The notes beneath the pieces were generated by a model. It was not told the origin of the DNA, made no database searches, and saw nothing but the letters and a program-made list of their open reading frames with translations. A program made the position numbers and the translations under genes. A stretch of DNA of 63,288 nucleotides, filler included, from Octopus bimaculoides (taxonomy: Eukaryota), in NCBI RefSeq assembly GCF_001194135.2. It is 5 parts of 4 records of this genome, joined end to end, with 100 filler letters (N's around TTAATTAATTAA, not from the genome) between each part and the next. Parts side by side here need not be neighbours in the genome. Positions count along the whole stretch, not along the records: positions 1 to 26,244 come from NC_068987.1; 4 more parts are not named here. One strand, written 5' to 3'. This document shows, piece after piece, positions 12,201-23,218 of the stretch (positions are counted from its first letter, which is position 1; the number at the start of each line of letters is the position of its first letter).

Positions 12201-15200
12201 AAATTTAATAGTTACCTCATAAAAATTTCAAAGCTATCAGACAATATATAATTAATTCAAAACAATGATAATAAATAAATAATGCATTAGACAGAATAAT
12301 CTGAATGCTAAAGGGTTAAAAACCCTTCTAAATAGAGTCCCAGAATGGCCACAGTCCAATGACTAAGACATGTTGATGCTCATCAAGTCAGGTTTAATGT
12401 GAAAATAATTCAGTGTGTATTTTTGCTCGCATTATGATCTTCGGCCCAAAGTGGTGTGTATATATTCGCTCCAATGCTAACTAACAAATCCACTGCAAAG
12501 CATAATCAAGACATTTTGCTTTGCACAATATTTCATATTTCCATTCATCACTATGACTTTAACACTTTCAACACAAAATACATGATAAATAATGCACATG
12601 TGGTTTTGCTGCAGCTGACAAACTACCACCAACTTTTAACACAGCTGGGCAAGCTCAGCCAATGTTATTCCCAAAAGCTAATACTCTGATGTAACTCTCT
12701 TGTGATGCTTCTCTCAATCTGAAAAGCTTGATTTCATAATTTCAAAAAGTATTAAAAGAAAAGGGATACTCAGGTAACATGGTTTTCATTTTGTTATAAC
12801 ACTAAAAGAGGTTTTTATTGAGCTTGTGTCTGGCATTCCTAGCAAAAACAAGATACAGATTTTTTTTTTTGTCTCTACAAAGGATTTTTAAGTGTTTCTT
12901 TGTAGCACAAGAGGAAACATTAGAAAAACCTTTAACCTTTTTGTAATATTTTTGTTGAAATTACTTTTGAAAATGAATTCAAAATAATTTTGTCGTTAAT
13001 AATCTGGAATTTGGGACATAAATTAATATGAAATTTAGATGGAATGTTTTAGTTCAGTCTCAAGTAGGTCGGTATCGAAAGGGTAAAACTTAGCACAGAC
13101 AATAAAAAACAAAATTACATTTCTGTAGCTATTTTCTATATAAGGATATTCTGTTGAAAACAGGTTCCAAGAAGTATAAAAATTGAAATACCAAATTGGT
13201 ATTTAGGATCATTCTGAATTGACGGGCACCACTTTTCATTTATGTTTTATGTAGTGTTTTTGGTACCGAAACACTTTCAAACTTCGTATACTTGTATATT
13301 TTGTGTTAAATATTTGTATTCGAAGTTATTTCATGTAAAAAATTGTCGTATTTCGATAATTTCAACCAATCACTGATGTCTATTGAGGTGAAAACAATTA
13401 CTGCTATGAAATATAAACAACATATTCTAGCGGTGTAATGGAATCTTTTCCCTTGAATAAAATTAGTGCCGTTGTTTGTCAACAACAACTATCGGCGGTA
13501 CTGTTATTTATAACATCATTCGTGTGTTTGTACTGGTTTTAGCTTTAGGATTTTAGGGTTGGGGTTGGGGTTTTAGGGTTATGATTATTTTTGCCATAAC
13601 CCAACTCATAACCCTAACCCTTAAAACCTTACTAGGGAATAATGATCTTAACACCGGTAAAAATTATTGTTTACAAAAACAGCAGTAACTGTATTCAGCT
13701 GAATAGACGTCAGTTATTGGTTGAAATTACAGAAATACGACAAGAAGGCTAAGAGAAAAAGATGTTTTATAAGACACATTCTACCAGTATCCCAAGTTTG
13801 AAAGTGTTTCATTAAGAAAACAAGTGGTGCCCATCAAAAGATCTGGTATTTATTGCAAAAGCCTTGCAACATAGTACGAAACACACTTGTAAAGCATTTT
13901 ATTAGTAAATGAAATATACCAGGATGACAATTTTGTATTTCTCATTCGTTTTTGTAAATAGCTTAAATTTTCTTGGTTTTTAAAAAAGTCCTTTATTTCT
14001 AGTACCAAATGAAAGCAGCGAGGAAAATGAGCCAAGGAAAACTGACATTACAAAAAGTTTTAAATAAAAATCTTTCCAAATAGCCAACTAATATTATGCT
14101 GCTACATTAAAAAATTTTGTAACTGTCACTATTTCTGATCAAATCTAGAAATCATCTGTTCTTCAAATATGTCACTATTAACCCTTTCATTACTAATTCA
14201 TGCAGAACATAAACAAAAAGGGGAAAAGTTATTTCAAAGTTTCTTACATACTTTGAAGAAAGCCAAGTATTTTTAGGAACGGTGTATGTGAGTATAAATT
14301 TTATTCATATTTTTTTTCCAATTTACCTTGTTTTTATTTACTTGCATGACAAAAGTTTAATTAATTTATATTGCGAATCATTATTGTTTCTGTGTATTTA
14401 TGTATGATGTGAATGTATTTTATTTAGTTGGAGTGCATTTTATTACTTCTCTTCAAAGATAAATTCCAGTTCATTTTCTATGTTGTTTAAACAGAATTTA
14501 ATTTTAAATTTCGTTGAACTTACATATAATTAGATTTGCTTTGAGACAAAAATTATGAAACAGATTTGGAAAAGAACCCTCTGTTAAATTGTGTTCAAAA
14601 AACGTTGATAAATAAAAAAGTTAGCTGTTTTATGAACCCAGTCTAAATTCAAGATTATTTTAGAATTTAGAAATATAGTAACGAAAGTGTTAACCTTTGT
14701 CACCATATTTTCTTAATATTCTGCCTTTGTTTCAAATATGACAATAATGAAGAATTGTCATTTAGTCAGACGTTTTCTTGCTGTTAGGAACGGCATCCAG
14801 CCATAGAAACCATGCAAAAACAGACTGGAGTCTGTTGCAGCCCTGGTCAACCATTCAACCCATGCCAGCATGAACAGACATTAAATGATAATGAAACCAA
14901 TATATGAAACATTTTGAAGGAGGGTTTTAGATTAAATGAAGCCTGTATCAGACACCTGAGGCAGTGTTGGTAACAAAAGGGTTCATTTATTGGGGGGCTT
15001 TATTTACACCCAACAAATACTACAATACCTATCTACTGGAGTTATAGATTTCTCCTATGAAAGATATATGAAACTAACAGTACATAAATGTTACATCAAC
15101 ATAAGATGGCTATTCAGATTTTTAGATCCAGATTTTATTTGAGAATTTCTTGTCAACTTACAGCTTCAAGATTTCCTTTTTTATACAACATACATAATTA

Positions 15201-18200
15201 TAATCTTAATCACATATATCCATAAAGACTTTTGTTTGCTAAACCAACCAGTTTGTTTAAGCACGAAAGGCCAAGATCATTTACTCTTTCAATATCAACC
15301 CACATAATACAACCCTAGTCCTATGATTTTATGTTCTTCCAGGGTGTATTTTGGTGTCACATCTATTTCAGTAATCCCATTGTACGCACTCCAACAATCA
15401 GAATATATCGTCGTCCCTGGTTTGATAAATTTTTCAATAAGTGGTAGAAGAGTTCCAGAAGAACGGCCTAAAGACTAGAAACCTATTTTTATCCTCTCTA
15501 TCCCATCCTCCATTGTATTTGCGCTTGCACATCATAGATTCATCTATTTCTACGATGTGCCCAAGTCCACCAATTTGGTAGGGGTTATGCAAAAGATAAT
15601 TACTTGTAATGTCCCTCATGTACTGATACCATTGAACAACAGTAGATTTTGAAAAACCGACTTTTTAATGGACTCTTTACCAAAAACAGGTAGTGTATAA
15701 TTTATTTACTTTGTTTAAAAAAAATTATTTACTTTTAGAAAAAAACCCTCATACATGTTTTGCGCATGACGCGCTAGGTAGTCCTAGGATCAACTAGTCA
15801 CGACTCGCGAGTGTGCGCACCGGGACCACTCTTCTTGAATAGTACCACAGATGCTTTGAATTTACTTCAGAGAGAAGTCTATGTTTGTGATGGATAGTCA
15901 GGGTGGGGGCACAAGGAATGTGACCTGGGTGTCAAGGGGGAAGCAGCCCGAAAAAGTTTGGGAACCACTGCCTCAGAGGGATGAAAAGCCAGAGTTCACC
16001 ACTAAAAGCTATTTTACATGTCACTACCACTATCATTCATTTTTTTAGTATTTGTCATCTTTAGATGATAATTTTTATTCACTTATCTCATATAACTACG
16101 CAGTCAGACAATTCAATAAAAAGTTTTAATGACAAAAGTCAGTGCTAAAACAAGAAGCAATTTCTAGTTACCAGCAACATAAAAGGATATCACTTAACAC
16201 ATACTTCAAGCCAAGTGCAAATAATCCAAATTACTTGCCTCAAACTTGAAAATTTGAGCAATTCTATTTTCTAGGTATGCATTACAGCAGTGTTTCCCAA
16301 CCTTTTTTTCCTGGCGCCCCACTTTTTCATAGCAAAAGTTTTTACGCCCCACCTTTTCCCATGTCCACTCACATTTACAAGTACATGTGGGCCTACTTAC
16401 AATTGAAAAAAATCAAAAATTAAAAAATTGTATTCAAAATACAAAAAAATAGCTTGAGAATTGAAACAACAGGCACTGAAAGTGCATAACACCCAATAAA
16501 TCGATAAAATTATTACGATTTCTCATGTTTTTAAAAAATGTCAATTTATAAAGAATAAAGAAACACGTTTTTTCAGTTCAATTATTTGACGGTCAGCTCA
16601 ACTAATTTAGTGAGAACCCTGTGCCTGATGCATACAGCACAAGTTTTTAATTTGAGGAGACAACTTTGTTAANNNNNNNNNNNNNNNNNNNNNNNNNNNN
16701 NNNNNNNNNNNNNNNNNNNNNNNNNNNNNNNNNNNNNNNNNNNNNNNNNNNNNNNNNNNNNNNNNNNNNNNNNNNNNNNNNNNNNNNNNNNNNNNNNNNN
16801 NNNNNNNNNNNNNNNNNNNNNNNNNNNNNNNNNNNNNNNNNNNNNNNNNNNNNNNNNNNNNNNNNNNNNNNNNNNNNNNNNNNNNNNNNNNNNNNNNNNN
16901 NNNNNNNNNNNNNNNNNNNNNNNNNNNNNNNNNNNNNNNNNNNNNNNNNNNNNNNNNNNNNNNNNNNNNNNNNNNNNNNNNNNNNNNNNNNNNNNNNNNN
17001 CCATCCGTTGTTGACAGCAATTTCATGCATCATTTACTGCCAGTAGTGATTCATGCTACATGTATAGGGATGCGCGTAAGTTTATTGCTCAGTGCAGGAT
17101 CTTCTTTGTCTCACTGGGGTGCGAGAGTTTCCGATGTGGAGGCTTCAAAGGAAAGACGGAATCTAAGGTTGTGCCTGCGATGACCGCTCGTCATGTACAA
17201 ATATTTTCACAGCCCACGTCTATGCCCCGCGCCCCACCTGAATTTTCTCAGGCCCCACCAGTGGGGCGTACGCCCCACCTTGGGAATCACTGCATTACAG
17301 TAACAGCAAATATAAAGTTACACACTAGTACAGTGCCATTTCTTTAACTGAAGAGGAAGAAAAAACGCTTACCCTTTGGTCTTGGTCCACGAACTGCTTC
17401 TGTGCGGGTCTGCCTCTTCAGTGTGGCAGGCACAATTTCAGATGGCAGGTGGAGGAAATCTCTAAGGTATTGGATACCATCATTGGTTAAGTACCAATAA
17501 TAATGCCTCCAGGCAAACTGCTCTGTCACATAAGCACGAGACTTGAGGGACTAAACAAAGAAATTTAAAACCAGAGTTACAGGAGACAAAATAGCATATA
17601 CATATATAAAAACACACAGACGTTTTACATGGTTAGATAACCTAGTGAGTTTGTTATTAACAGTTACTTCCAGTCATTTTATATTAGGTCTCAGAAATTT
17701 CATAACATTCCTTACTACTAGGGCTAATACAAAATTTGGATTTATTCAGTTTGACTGCCAGCATCAATTCTGTTCAAACTGATTTCATATTCAGTGTAAT
17801 GATATACTTTTAGGTCAATAAGGAGATCTTCACCCAGGAACAAAAAAAAAACGAACCAACCGGGNNNNNNNNNNNNNNNNNNNNNNNNNNNNNNNNNNNN
17901 NNNNNNNNNNNNNNNNNNNNNNNNNNNNNNNNNNNNNNNNNNNNNNNNNNNNNNNNNNNNNNNNNNNNNNNNNNNNNNNNNNNNNNNNNNNNNNNNNNNN
18001 NNNNNNNNNNNNNNNNNNNNNNNNNNNNNNNNNNNNNNNNNNNNNNNNNNNNNNNNNNNNNNNNNNNNNNNNNNNNNNNNNNNNNNNNNNNNNNNNNNNN
18101 NNNNNNNNNNNNNNNNNNNNNNNNNNNNNNNNNNNNNNNNNNNNNNNNNNNNNNNNNNNNNNNNNNNNNNNNNNNNNNNNNNNNNNNNNNNNNNNNNNNN

Positions 18201-19659
18201 NNNNNNNNNNNNNNNNNNNNNNNNNNNNNNNNNNNNNNNNNNNNNNNNNNNNNNNNNNNNNNNNNNNNNNNNNNNNNNNNNNNNNNNNNNNNNNNNNNNN
18301 NNNNNNNNNNNNNNNNNNNNNNNNNNNNNNNNNNNNNNNNNNNNNNNNNNNNNNNNNNNNNNNNNNNNNNNNNNNNNNNNNNNNNNNNNNNNNNNNNNNN
18401 NNNNNNNNNNNNNNNNNNNNNNNNNNNNNNNNNNNNNNNNNNNNNNNNNNNNNNNNNNNNNNNNNNNNNNNNNNNNNNNNNNNNNNNNNNNNNNNNNNNN
18501 NNNNNNNNNNNNNNNNNNNNNNNNNNNNNNNNNNNNNNNNNNNNNNNNNNNNNNNNNNNNNNNNNNNNNNNNNNNNNNNNNNNNNNNNNNNNNNNNNNNN
18601 NNNNNNNNNNNNNNNNNNNNNNNNNNNNNNNNNNNNNNNNNNNNNNNNNNNNNNNNNNNNNNNNNNNNNNGAAAACACAAATTTAATATAAAAACATATT
18701 TCCTGAAATTGCAAATTATTTAAAATATAAAAATATAATTTTCAACAGAGAGAATTTATCAAAATAGAAAACAAATGAAGTTTGAAGTTTAAAGATAATA
18801 GGATCGACCACTCACGACTAGCTAGCGCGGACTTTCGAGTAATAGATAGATAGATAGAGAGACAGACAGACAGACATATAGCTCGCTCGGGCCAGTCATG
18901 GTATTTAGCTGTCAGTAGCCAAATAATCGACAGGCCAGCAACAGGCAGGCAGACAGACAGATACTTCACTAGCAGTGAGCACTTTCACTTCTGACAGCTA
19001 ATAGCATGACAGTGCCAAAAAAAATCTATATATCCATTTTACCCGAAGTTATGACACAAAAATTGGATCTTGAGTATTTTTCGAAAGTCCCCTCCCCACC
19101 CCCAGGGTTGTCAGCGCGCATTTCTTTTTTCATATTAGTTTTCCACACACTTAACACCCACCAGGCTGGTTAATTTTTTTGTTGTTGTTCCCGGGTGAAG
19201 GTCTTTATATTGACCTACTTTTATAGGCTAATCAATGACATGGAAATCATTTTCACTATATATAAATCAATAGAGTTATTAACAATTAAAGTTTGAAAAT
19301 TTTGGGTAATTTTAGCCAATCTTAAGCCGGATACATTCATGCGTGTTTCTGTGTTAACAAATATATTGAAACGACTTGCTTTACCTATTTGTTGACAATT
19401 GTGAAAAAAAAAAAACACTTGTGAAAAATTGTCAGCCACCCACTTTAGAAACTCCATATCTAAAATGAATCCCTTATCCCCATGAGAACATAAGGAGAAA
19501 ATAAATGAATATTCTAACCTGTAGAGCTTTAATTACATGGATATTACAAACATCAATTTCTGGATGCTTCACACCAGTGAAGTCTTTTCTGGCTACCATT
19601 ACACCCTCCTTGAAGAGGTGTTCATAAATGGCAACTCGGTTCTTTTTGGGCATCAACAT
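6245..19659 (-). CDS. RPS10: 40S ribosomal protein S10 (eS10), spliced CDS join(19519..19659,17373..17550,10466..10525,7230..7288,6245..6277), 471 nt / 156 aa
   Basis: Manual splicing gives [156 protein letters not shown], co-linear with metazoan eS10. All introns are GT-AG; phases 0,1,1,0 keep the frame. Confidence 0.96.
7230..7288 (-). CDS. RPS10: RPS10 coding exon 4 (59 nt)
   Basis: [20 protein letters not shown], matching the DKKAxAGxG segment; acceptor tgtttacag, donor TAT|gtgagt; phase 1 to 0. Confidence 0.92.
7451..9989 (-). mobile_element. piggyBac-like element B (decayed), interrupted by element A
   Basis: TTAA-CCC ends at 7447 and 9993; minus-strand transposase N-terminus homologous to A (9130..9760); its 3' terminal sequence resumes on both sides of A. 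Confidence 0.7.
7577..9070 (+). mobile_element. piggyBac-like (PGBD4-type) internally deleted element A
   Basis: TTAA on both sides; perfect 14-bp TIR CCCTTTCGTTACCA; acidic N-terminus plus ...LDYFFLLFP...AETN.YA and [25 protein letters not shown]...MTR..F motifs. Confidence 0.85.
10026..10154 (-). ncRNA. Intronic box C/D snoRNA, SNORD94/U94-like (predicted guide for U6 snRNA Cm62)
   Basis: Terminal stem TTGC/GCAA; box C ATGATGA (10149..10143); guide GCGCAGGGGTC; box D' CTGA (10128..10125); box D CTGA (10033..10030). The guide is complementary to U6 GGCCCCUGCGC with one G-U pair. Sense to the RPS10 intron. Confidence 0.8.
10466..10525 (-). CDS. RPS10: RPS10 coding exon 3 (60 nt)
   Basis: (A)[19 protein letters not shown](G), matching the DRxxYRR segment of eS10; acceptor tatttttttag, donor CTG|gtaagt; phase 1 to 1. 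Confidence 0.9.
10712..10937 (-). mobile_element. RTE-related repeat 3' end with (ATG)n tail
   Basis: CATCATCATTTAACGTCCGC..CCATGC terminus shared with copies at 23219 and 61622. Confidence 0.7.
11824..12370 (+). mobile_element. SINE family A copy interrupted by a piggyBac-like MITE
   Basis: Head at 11824; tail resumes after the TTAA at 12316..12319. Confidence 0.65.
12096..12315. mobile_element. piggyBac-like MITE
   Basis: TTAA target duplication; TIR CCCTTTAGCATT/AATGCTAAAGGG. Confidence 0.85.
12936..13083. mobile_element. Short degenerate piggyBac-like MITE
   Basis: TTAA-CCTTTTTGTAA start and ...GAAAGGG end similar to the other MITEs. Confidence 0.5.
13224..13832. mobile_element. MITE with GGGCACCACTT terminal inverted repeats (superfamily unassigned)
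   Basis: GGGCACCACTT...AAGTGGTGCCC plus subterminal GAAACACTTTCAAACTT repeats; no clear TSD. Confidence 0.7.
14182..14981. mobile_element. Two abutting piggyBac-like MITEs sharing the TTAA at 14690..14693
   Basis: CCCTTTC.TTAC / GTAACGAAAG.G and CCTTTGTCACC / GGTAACAAAAGGG ends; the second carries an RTE-related repeat fragment. Confidence 0.65.
15290..15846 (-). mobile_element. Merlin (IS1595/ISXO2-like) transposon relic
   Basis: [21 protein letters not shown] and [16 protein letters not shown] motifs; terminus GGTACTATTCAAGAAGAGTGGTCCCGG. Confidence 0.85.
16288..17292. mobile_element. hAT-family MITE
   Basis: Ends CAGTGTTTCCCAA / TTGGGAATCACTG; perfect 8-bp TSD CATTACAG (16280..16287, 17293..17300). 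Confidence 0.9.
17373..17550 (-). CDS. RPS10: RPS10 coding exon 2 (178 nt)
   Basis: [44 protein letters not shown]; acceptor ctttgtttag, donor AAGG|gtaagc. Confidence 0.97.
17813..19215. mobile_element. Non-autonomous TIR element with 8-bp TSD and GG termini (possibly Merlin-like)
   Basis: About 50-bp imperfect TIR GGTCAATA..AGA.CTTCACCC.GGAACAA; perfect TSD TACTTTTA at 17805..17812 and 19216..19223; centre is mostly N. Confidence 0.8.
19519..19659 (-). CDS. RPS10: RPS10 coding exon 1 (47 aa)
   Basis: [26 protein letters not shown] motif; acceptor ttttcttttacag|G ATG; donor CAG|gttaga. Confidence 0.97.
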
Positions 19660-20451
19660 CCTGTAAAAGAAAAAAAAATGAATTAAAAGTTGAGTTGAAA
19701 TTAAAAAAAAAAAATTCTTTCCATGAAATGAGATATGAAAAAACTTTTAACTCGTACAAGTTACAAACATTTATATTAATAATTTTTAACAACTTATTAG
19801 TGTCTGAGAAATGTGAGAATGCAGGAGCTATAGAGATTTGTGAATGACTTCGAGGAAAAGCAGTACATGATTTTAATAGAACATTTTAATTTTTAACAGT
19901 AAAGTTGCTAATCAACCATTCAAATGTAACGAAATTCATTCAAATAGAATCCGTTTGAATTATTGAAACACTACAAGCTATTTGAAGAATTTAATCTAAC
20001 ATTCAAAAACACTTTTTCTTAATTTGGCGTAATTTCGATTAGTGTGTGAAGTGTTAAAATATCACGATTTACTGCAAATATCGAAAACGAAATCGTTTTA
20101 CTACAGACGGTAGCGCAGTGGTTGCAAACATAAGTCGATAATTTCTAAATCTTAAAATTTCAGTGTTATAATTTTGTTGAGAGCCAAAACATTTTCTCTC
20201 TCCATCAAACACGTACTTTCTATACTAAACATTTCGTTTCGGTGTTTCAATCAGGTTTTTAATTATTTTCCTCATTTCTCGAAATGACGCTGAAATTCTC
20301 TGCTTTATGAGAATAACTAGACGGTTCGATCGAAAATTAATAGAAAAATAAATTCACTGTAAAAAAAAAAGTCACTTCTAACGGCTAGGAACACGTTGCT
20401 GTAATCAATTTTTCAAGGGATTAATATTTTAAGTCGCTTTTAATTGACAAT

Positions 20452-20753
20452 TTCAAGAAGAGTGGTCCCGGTGCGCGCACTCGCACATATATATATAAAT
20501 ATGCATATATCCATACATATATGTACATACCTACATCTATATGTATACATACATGCTTATATGGGTGTCATCCCTAGTTTGATAAATTTTTTAATAAGTG
20601 GTAAAATACTTTCAGAAGAACGGTAAGGTACAAAGACTAAAAACCCATTTTTATCCTCTTTATCTCATCTACGATGTGCCCAAGTCCACAAATTTGGTAG
20701 GGATTACGCAAAAGATAATTACTTGTAATGTCCCTCATGTACTGAATAGTACC
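20452..20753 (-). mobile_element. Second, internally deleted Merlin copy
   Basis: 20580..20745 is homologous to 15421..15625; TIR remnant TTCAAGAAGAGTGGTCCCGGTGCGC.CACTCGC and end GAATAGTACC. Confidence 0.75.
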
Positions 20754-21361
20754 ATATATATATATATCAAATACACGCATATAAACGCAGTTGTGAGCGC
20801 GCGGTTAACATTCTCGTGCTTATTTCCGCGCCCCTACCTCGAATTCGTCGAGTTTTTAATAAACAATGTTGATAAAATGAATTTTAAAAAGAAATAATTG
20901 CTTCCAATTGGTACAATAACCGTTAACTTTTACCTTATTTAACAGTAGTGGTATTAGTTCTATAATTAGTAAGCGCAATGTCGGAAAAAACTGTATTTGA
21001 AATCTACGTAAGAGGACACACGTGTGAACAAATTTCTCCGAAAAACAATTATTCTGAAGAGATCAGTGATTTACAATCAATGCTAACTAGCAAAATTAAA
21101 GATGCGATGAAATATAAAAAGCAGTAAAATATAGAAAACATCTTAAGACTTATTTTAACAAAAATAGAACACGGATTATATATAGTATAACATAATCAAT
21201 GATAAATTATTGAATATAAATGCTAAATAAACATTCTAAATGAATTAAAAACTCATACAAACGATAGAGAAAGAATTAAATTAAATATCTAACGCAAAAT
21301 GAAAGATCGATGAATATTTTTAAAAACATAATTATATAGATTAAGTGGAAAGCAAACTTAC

Positions 21362-21396
21362 TTGTGCTGTCAGTAGGAGATTACAAACCGGAAAGG
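21362..21396 (-). promoter_or_regulatory. Candidate RPS10 non-coding first exon 1b with TCT/5'TOP start
   Basis: Minus strand TTTCCTTTCCGGTTTGT...GCACAA|GTAAGT; same start motif as exon 1a; no ATG. Confidence 0.6.
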
Positions 21397-21605
21397 AAAT
21401 TTAGCCGCTAGAGAGAATATAAGGAAAGATAACTCAATAGAAATTGGATTCATTAACAAATGCACAAAAAAAATCGTTCAATTTTTTTTTTTTTTTCTGA
21501 ACAGTTAGGATAAACACTTAAGACAAATAGAATAAAATTTTATTAATAATATTTTGTCTTAGATGAACATAAAGTACAAACAGAAACATTTTAAGACGAA
21601 CTTAC

Positions 21606-21647
21606 CTAGTAATACACGTTAGAACCGCACAAACCGGAAGAAAAAGG
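21606..21647 (-). promoter_or_regulatory. Candidate RPS10 non-coding first exon 1a with TCT/5'TOP start
   Basis: Minus strand TTTCCTTTTTCTTCCGGTTTGT...TACTAG|GTAAGT: pyrimidine-tract start typical of ribosomal protein genes, followed by a consensus donor; no ATG. Confidence 0.7.
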
Positions 21648-22479
21648 AAATCAAGTTCAATAACTCTTAGACTTTATTGTTAAGGAGAGTTCCGTAGTGA
21701 GTTATCGATCGTCATTCATTTGTTTATTACCTAAAGCGCTTTGAATCAGTCACCTCTGTCGATGCACCTATGATCAATGCATTCCCAGTGTGACGATCTC
21801 GTCTTTTTGTTTATATCCTTTTGTTAAGACTCTAGCATGTGTTTTGAGTGAGAATTTTGACGCTGTTATCAAACAGTTCGAAAACCGCGTAACAGTACCC
21901 CTCACCCTTAGCTAATCTTAGCGATGCGTTTCAAATTCCTAATTTTCTAATGATCCGTACTGTCACTTCTTCAAATTTCTTGAAACTATTAGACTTTATG
22001 TCTAATGAAAGAAGAAACAATTATACTTCCACAATTAATAGTAATATTTTAGATTGGTAATTTTTGTCCCCAATCTCAGTGAAGGATATAATTTTTTTTT
22101 AATTATCTATAGGGGCGGAAATCTGGTTTAAGCACCCCATATAACTCGTAACTTTTTTTATTTTTGCGAATTTGTATTCTACACATGAGAATTCATACGA
22201 TTATGCAAAAAAAAAAACAAATGTGTAAGATTTAAGGGTGACCTAGCTGTTGTTTTTAGCACATCATATCTGAGACCTTCTTCGTTTCTTTGTCACTGAC
22301 ATGTATCGATGGTTTTCAATATTTTTCACGCCATAAATACATTTAATGGAATGATGATGCATCCAAAGGTAGTCCATTGCTATGATTTAAGCAAAAACTT
22401 CGGACTGTCTATTTTAAACTCTGATTTTAAAGATTCGTAAAAGAGTGGAACTTTTAGTATTTATAAACGGGATTACTAA

Positions 22480-23150
22480 CTCACTTTGAAAGGTTTGCGT
22501 TTTCAATCCAGGGACAGGAAATATGAACCAAATACCTGATGCATAAAAGGGACAGAGATGCAAGAAAAACATCAAAATGTGATAACTGATGCAGACTTTG
22601 TGGAGTTAACACCAACGATATCATCCACATCATAAGCAGTTGTCCAGAAATGTTGTCGCAATATTATCTACCGATGAGACATTATTGTAGCAAAGACACT
22701 CTATATTGAGATCCATCGGAAGGATAATTCTGAAGCCAAACACATAAGAGGCCATAGCCACTCGTGATCAGAAAGAATACTGGTGGAATGTCCCGGTGAA
22801 ATCTTCACTGGGACATGTAAATATAATAAACCATAGTCATTTGGGAAGGAGAAGAGAAAATGTGTACGGTAGTGGAAATCAGCTACTCAAAGGATGTTAA
22901 CATAAAACTAAAAATCAGTAAAAAAAAAAAAAAAGAAGAAAATAACTATGCTGAATTATTGAGAAATTTGCAGTTACTATACCTGAATTACAAGTTTATA
23001 CCTGTAATTATTGGGGCACTGGCATATGTAACAAACTGTCTAAGCGTCGATCTTGGGGAATTAGGCTTCTCAAAACCAGAAAGAAAGCTGATTCAAAGAC
23101 TACAAATCCAGACCATCACTGCAACTAAAAATTCGTAAATTTTTCTGGAA
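22480..23150 (+). mobile_element. R4/Dong-like non-LTR retrotransposon 3' fragment (CCHC plus restriction-like endonuclease)
   Basis: IIHIISSC...MRH, ...CTVVEISY..DVNI..K...YAELLRNLQLLY..YKFIPVIIGAL motifs, with stops. Confidence 0.65.
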
Positions 23151-23218
23151 GTTTACCATTTACATATATATGCACATGTCTCGACATGCAACTGTATTGC
23201 ATGAGAATGCATAAAACA

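Noticed and set aside
13555-13630. TTAGGG-like / CCCTAA-like telomeric variants
   Set aside because: Few, degenerate, and internal to a symmetric MITE; not an interstitial telomere array.
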